From contig CAZIPM010000001.1 in assembly GCA_964541395.1 (NCBI GenBank), positions 3,833-67,832 on the forward strand: 64,000 nt of DNA, in the 5' to 3' direction. The position numbers and the translations under genes are program-made. The stretch is from an uncultured Gammaproteobacteria bacterium (GTDB lineage Bacteria; Patescibacteriota; Microgenomatia; UBA8517). The notes under the pieces are model-generated. The model saw only the letters and a program-made list of their open reading frames with translations. It made no database searches and was not told the origin of the DNA. This document shows positions 59,803-64,000 of the stretch, in pieces (the stretch's first letter is position 1; the number at the start of each line of letters is the position of its first letter).

Positions 59803-61284
59803 ATGTTGAAATCATTAATGACGGTTAAAATTCTTCTTGTTATGGTACTACTCCTGGCTGCAATTCTCAGATTAATAGGTTTAACTCAATATCCGGTAGG
59901 TTTCACTCCTGACGAAGCATCTTTTGGTTATGACGCTTACAGCATTTTGTTGACAGGAAAGGACCAGTGGGGAAATACGCTTCCTTTAATCCTGAAATCA
60001 TTTGGTGATTACAAAGCACCCATCTATGCGTATTTGACAGTTCCTTCCGTCTTTATATTTGGTTTAAACAAATTTGCAGTCAGACTTCCTAACGCCATCT
60101 TGGGTGTACTGGCCGTCTACGTTGTTTATCTTTTGGTAACAAAACTGTTTAAAAACAAAAATATAGGTTTAATTACAGCTTTTCTGGTAGCAATTTCACC
60201 CTGGCATATAATGATGAGCAGAGGTGCTTTTGAGGCTAATCTGATAACTTTATTTATACCGTTGGGGATTTATTTGTATTTACAGGAAAAATACTATCTG
60301 TCCGCAATTACTTTTGGTCTAACCATGTTTACTTATCACACGGGTAAGTTTTTGGCACCATTAATTTTTGTTTTGCTGGTATTTCTTTATCATAAAAATA
60401 TAAAAAAACTTATCAAACCAACAATGGTATTTTTATTTTTTATAGCACTGACTATTTTTACCATTCTAGGAGGAGCAGGGGGTAGAGTTATCGAAAGAAG
60501 TATCACGCAGGGAGCATTGGAAGACGGAGCAAAAGTAAAAATAGAAAATATAAATAATGGAATGAACCCGATTGTGGCACGTTTACTACATAACAAATAC
60601 CAAATTGTAGCCAGCCGCTTTGTCTATAATTATCGTCAATACTTTTCATTAAAATTTTTGCTGTTTGAAGGACCGGCCGAAACCACCTACGGGATGATGA
60701 AAGGTCTGGGTGTATTGACTTATCTTGAGATGTTAGGATTTTTAACCGGTTTATATTTTTTAATAAGATCCAAGAATATTGATCCTAAAATAAAATATTT
60801 GATACTGCTCTGGCTTTTAATTGCACCTGTTCCTGCCAGTTTGGCAACCGGGGTTGGTTATGCAGCCAATCGTTCAGTTTCAATGATACCGGTTATCCAA
60901 GTAATATCAGGATTTGGTTTATTCAATTTAATAGACAAAAGAATTTATCTAAAGTATATTGCATTGATAATAGCCTTAGTAGGATTAACGGTGTTTATCA
61001 AAAAGTACTTAATTGAATCACCAATTACTTCTGCTCAGGGAATGCTTTCGAAGAATTTGATGATTGCAAACGAATATGTTGCCAAGTCAGCGGGAAACGA
61101 TACCGTAATTGTGCCAAGGACTTTATCTGAACCGCAGATTTATATCGCCTTTGTTTCTAAGATGGATCCGAGGTTTTATCAAAATGAGAGTAGAGGTTGG
61201 AATTTTGAGGAATTGGGTGTTAATTGGGTAGATCAAATACCGGAATATAGATTGGGAAAGTATTTATTTAAAAATGAAGAATAA
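59803..61284 (+). CDS. GT-C glycosyltransferase
   Basis: PDEASFGYDAYSILLTGKDQWG...SFGDYKAP, SRGAFEAN. Confidence 0.87.
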   Translation: MLKSLMTVKILLVMVLLLAAILRLIGLTQYPVGFTPDEASFGYDAYSILLTGKDQWGNTLPLILKSFGDYKAPIYAYLTVPSVFIFGLNKFAVRLPNAILGVLAVYVVYLLVTKLFKNKNIGLITAFLVAISPWHIMMSRGAFEANLITLFIPLGIYLYLQEKYYLSAITFGLTMFTYHTGKFLAPLIFVLLVFLYHKNIKKLIKPTMVFLFFIALTIFTILGGAGGRVIERSITQGALEDGAKVKIENINNGMNPIVARLLHNKYQIVASRFVYNYRQYFSLKFLLFEGPAETTYGMMKGLGVLTYLEMLGFLTGLYFLIRSKNIDPKIKYLILLWLLIAPVPASLATGVGYAANRSVSMIPVIQVISGFGLFNLIDKRIYLKYIALIIALVGLTVFIKKYLIESPITSAQGMLSKNLMIANEYVAKSAGNDTVIVPRTLSEPQIYIAFVSKMDPRFYQNESRGWNFEELGVNWVDQIPEYRLGKYLFKNEE

Positions 61285-61870
61285 TAAATTAATTTTAATA
61301 GTATTTTTATTGACTGCGGGAATCTGGTGGAACTTTTTTAACTTAAAGGAGATGGTGGTTCAATGGTCTCAAGCTCCAGATTATTTTAGTAAGAATATGA
61401 GATCTTTTTTTTCGGATGAAAATCTGATGAAAATTCAGGAAGTCAGATGGAATGCATTCGGGGAAAAAAGAGAAGACAACTTATCCAAAATTTATTACAA
61501 CAAAGGCTATATTTTGGTAGACAATTTCTTTTCCTATGTTAGTTATTTCATGCCCAGATCATATTTCCAAGCAGGAGACGGTACGAAATTTTCACCCAAA
61601 GGAGTGGAACCAATTGCTGGCATTCTCTTTCCATTTTGGATAATGGGATTAATTTCGATAATAAAAGATAAATATTTTAAGCCATTATATTTGGTTCTGG
61701 GGACTTCATTGTTTGCCTTTTTATTAGGACAACGGAATTTAGCTTTCCTTTTCCCTGTGATGTTGGTTTATATTTACATCGCTTCTAAATCTTTAGGTAA
61801 AAAACAATTTATATTTGTTTTGCTCTACACTCTATTTATCATAGGAAGGGTAATATGGCTAAAAAGTTAG
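61274..61870 (+). CDS. Short membrane protein resembling the C-terminal half of neighbouring GT-Cs
   Basis: KIYYNK...SYFMPRSYFQAGD resembles RLLHNK...QYFSLKFLLFEG of 59803. Confidence 0.6.
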   Translation: MKNNKLILIVFLLTAGIWWNFFNLKEMVVQWSQAPDYFSKNMRSFFSDENLMKIQEVRWNAFGEKREDNLSKIYYNKGYILVDNFFSYVSYFMPRSYFQAGDGTKFSPKGVEPIAGILFPFWIMGLISIIKDKYFKPLYLVLGTSLFAFLLGQRNLAFLFPVMLVYIYIASKSLGKKQFIFVLLYTLFIIGRVIWLKS

Positions 61871-63435
61871 TAATTGTTTTAATATTTTTACTCGCATTCT
61901 TCTTAAGAACCTGGAATTTGTCAAAATATCCTGTTTCTTTGTCAATGGATGAAGCCGCCATCGGATACAATGCCTATTCTATTTTAAAAACAGGTCATGA
62001 CGAATATAAAGAATTCCTACCATTAACATTTAGATCAGCCGGAGACTACAAACCACCTGTTGATTTTTATCTTACAGTACCTTCAATTTTTCTTTTTGGA
62101 TTAACCGAATTCAGTATCCGACTACCTGTTGCATTAGTTGGTTCATTAACAGCTGTTGCCTTTATCTATCTGCTTATTAATTTAGGACTTTCTTTTAAAG
62201 CATCTGCCTTCGGAGGTTTTTGGCTGGCAGTACTTCCTTGGCATATTCATTTTTCCAGGGCATCTTTCGAGGCAGTAACAGCCCTCTTCTTTCTTATATC
62301 CGGTTCAGCACTTTTTATTTCCTGGGTAAAAAACAAAAAAACGTTGTATGCGTTTCTTACAGCCCTATCCTTCGGTTTGTCTGTTTGGTCATATCATGCA
62401 GAGAGACTATTTGTTCCAATGTTGGTTGTCTTTCTTTTTATAATTTTTAAACCAAAAAAGAACCTAGTCATCTTCTTTTTGGTCACGGCAATTCTGGCAA
62501 TTCCGTTTTTAAGATTGGCACTTTTTACTCCGGCAATTAGAGAGAGAGCTTCGTCTACCTCCATCTTAAGAGAGCAGTCATTAGTATTGGGACTGCATAC
62601 CTCAAATTATGAGAATTTTGTTGAAAAAGTATTTGATAATGACATTTATCTTGTTTATAGTCATTGGTTGGGAAAGTATCTTAACTATTTTGATATTCGT
62701 TTCTGGTTTTGGAAAGGCATGCAATTTACCCCACCGGGTTATCCTGATCTGGGACTTCTATATCTTGTTGATTTACCTGTATTTTTACTAGGTTTATATG
62801 TCTTGGTCAGATCAAAAAATAAAAATCTGAAAGCATTATCGGTATTTTGGTTTTTTGCAGGACCGTTTCCTGCATCACTAACAATGAATGAACAACATCC
62901 ATTAAGAGCTTTAACTTGGCTACCCTTTTTTGGAATTGTAGTTGCCATGGGTTTTGAATACATAACCGCTAAATATAAAACTTTTAAAATTTATTTGATT
63001 TATATAGCACTATTTTTGTTTAACTTCATTTACTTTTTTGATATTTATACGCATCAATCTCCAAGATTTTTTTCAGAGTATTGGTCTTACGGATATAAAG
63101 AATCCACAATATATGCTTGTGAAAACAGGGACAAATACGACGAAATAGTTGTTACCGATACTTTCGGAAGTGACGGACCATTAAACACAGGTCTTCCTTA
63201 TCTTTACTGGTTGGTTTATTGTGATTGGGATCGAGACAGTTTTTTAAGTACCGGAAAACATCCGGAAAAACTTAGATTTAGACGACCAAACAAAGAAGAT
63301 TTTTCGGATGGTAAAAAGAAACTGTTAATCGGATCCTCTTGGGATTTTTTGGAAGGCCTGTGTGACAAAGGAAAAATAGTTAAAACAATTTATTATTTAA
63401 ATGGTAAAGAAGGGTTTCTTTTAATAGAACCATGA
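61855..63435 (+). CDS. GT-C glycosyltransferase
   Basis: MDEAAIGYNAYSILKTGHDEY...SAGDYKPP, PWHIHFSRASFE. Confidence 0.87.
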   Translation: MAKKLVIVLIFLLAFFLRTWNLSKYPVSLSMDEAAIGYNAYSILKTGHDEYKEFLPLTFRSAGDYKPPVDFYLTVPSIFLFGLTEFSIRLPVALVGSLTAVAFIYLLINLGLSFKASAFGGFWLAVLPWHIHFSRASFEAVTALFFLISGSALFISWVKNKKTLYAFLTALSFGLSVWSYHAERLFVPMLVVFLFIIFKPKKNLVIFFLVTAILAIPFLRLALFTPAIRERASSTSILREQSLVLGLHTSNYENFVEKVFDNDIYLVYSHWLGKYLNYFDIRFWFWKGMQFTPPGYPDLGLLYLVDLPVFLLGLYVLVRSKNKNLKALSVFWFFAGPFPASLTMNEQHPLRALTWLPFFGIVVAMGFEYITAKYKTFKIYLIYIALFLFNFIYFFDIYTHQSPRFFSEYWSYGYKESTIYACENRDKYDEIVVTDTFGSDGPLNTGLPYLYWLVYCDWDRDSFLSTGKHPEKLRFRRPNKEDFSDGKKKLLIGSSWDFLEGLCDKGKIVKTIYYLNGKEGFLLIEP

Positions 63436-64000
63436 TCTATCTAATTTTATTTTTAACAATTGTTCTTAGATTTTTATTTACATCGGAAATGCCCCCGTCT
63501 CTTAATTGGGACGAGATAAGTCACGGTTATAATGCTTATTCAATTTTAAAAACAGGTAGTGACGAATGGGGTAATTTTCTACCATCCATCTTTCGGGCAT
63601 ATGGTGATTACAAATTACCTGTTTATATTTACCTGACCTCAATCTCCGAATTATTTTTTGGTCTAACTCCCTTTGCTGTCAGATTACCCAATATACTAGC
63701 GGGGATAGGTACTGTTTATTTTACTTACTTATTGGTTTTAAGACTTTTCAAAGAGAATAAACAACTGGCTCTTTTGTCAGCTTTCCTTGTAGCAGTTGAA
63801 CCGTGGACTTTTTTTATAGGAAGACCTGCGTTTGAAGCCAACTTGGCGTCATTTTTCTTTGTAGCTGCAACTTATTTATTTTTAAAAGGTGTTCAAGAAA
63901 ATAAATCATCTTTACCAAGTATTATTTTGTATGGACTTACGGTCTGGACTTATAATTCATACCGCATTTTTACACCCTTGTTTTTAATTACACTGCATAT
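63432..64000 (+). CDS. GT-C glycosyltransferase (partial, runs off window)
   Basis: Manual translation: MIYLILFLTIVLRF...PPSLNWDEISHGYNAYSILKTGSDEWG...AYGDYKLPVY. Confidence 0.85.
   Translation, partial: MIYLILFLTIVLRFLFTSEMPPSLNWDEISHGYNAYSILKTGSDEWGNFLPSIFRAYGDYKLPVYIYLTSISELFFGLTPFAVRLPNILAGIGTVYFTYLLVLRLFKENKQLALLSAFLVAVEPWTFFIGRPAFEANLASFFFVAATYLFLKGVQENKSSLPSIILYGLTVWTYNSYRIFTPLFLITLH

Noticed and set aside
1-64000. tRNA, rRNA, integrase, transposase or alternative genetic code
   Set aside because: No cloverleaf or rRNA signatures and no recombinase motifs seen. TGA acts as a normal stop in many ATGA overlaps

Overview
This AT-rich (roughly 30-35% GC), gene-dense window looks like Patescibacteria/CPR, Microgenomates-like. 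That assignment is inferred from gene content, not from a marker gene. (1) 1-2 kb: a GlmU-type nucleotidyltransferase fused to an SDR domain, and an isolated HK97-type phage major-capsid fragment. (2) 2-11 kb: a cell-surface module. It has four paralogous secreted proteins built from an ~85-aa 'GNG..S.N...Q.N.A...N...TG.N.A..NTGG...I.TG.A' repeat, a sortase and a YezD/DUF2292-like micro-protein. A conserved 19-nt leader motif (GCTGACCG-N4-CGGAGGC) precedes both transcription units, and in one copy it overlaps a terminator-like hairpin. This is the best candidate for an undescribed system. (3) 11-24 kb: a galU-rmlB...rmlC-rmlD nucleotide-sugar locus. rmlB carries a LAGLIDADG intein at its catalytic Thr and a C-terminal degenerate Nudix domain. 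The locus is interrupted by further Nudix-like ORFs, a high-GC orphan gene followed by a ~300-nt highly structured RNA, and an AAA/DUF4143 ATPase. (4) 24-64 kb: a very large glycosylation cluster with about 16 GT-C-fold membrane glycosyltransferases, GT2/GT4 enzymes, a flippase and methyltransferases, interspersed with housekeeping genes and short orphan ORFs. Many genes appear leaderless (-10 box 5-8 nt upstream of the start codon). No rRNA, tRNA or CRISPR array was seen. All family assignments come from motif recognition by eye.
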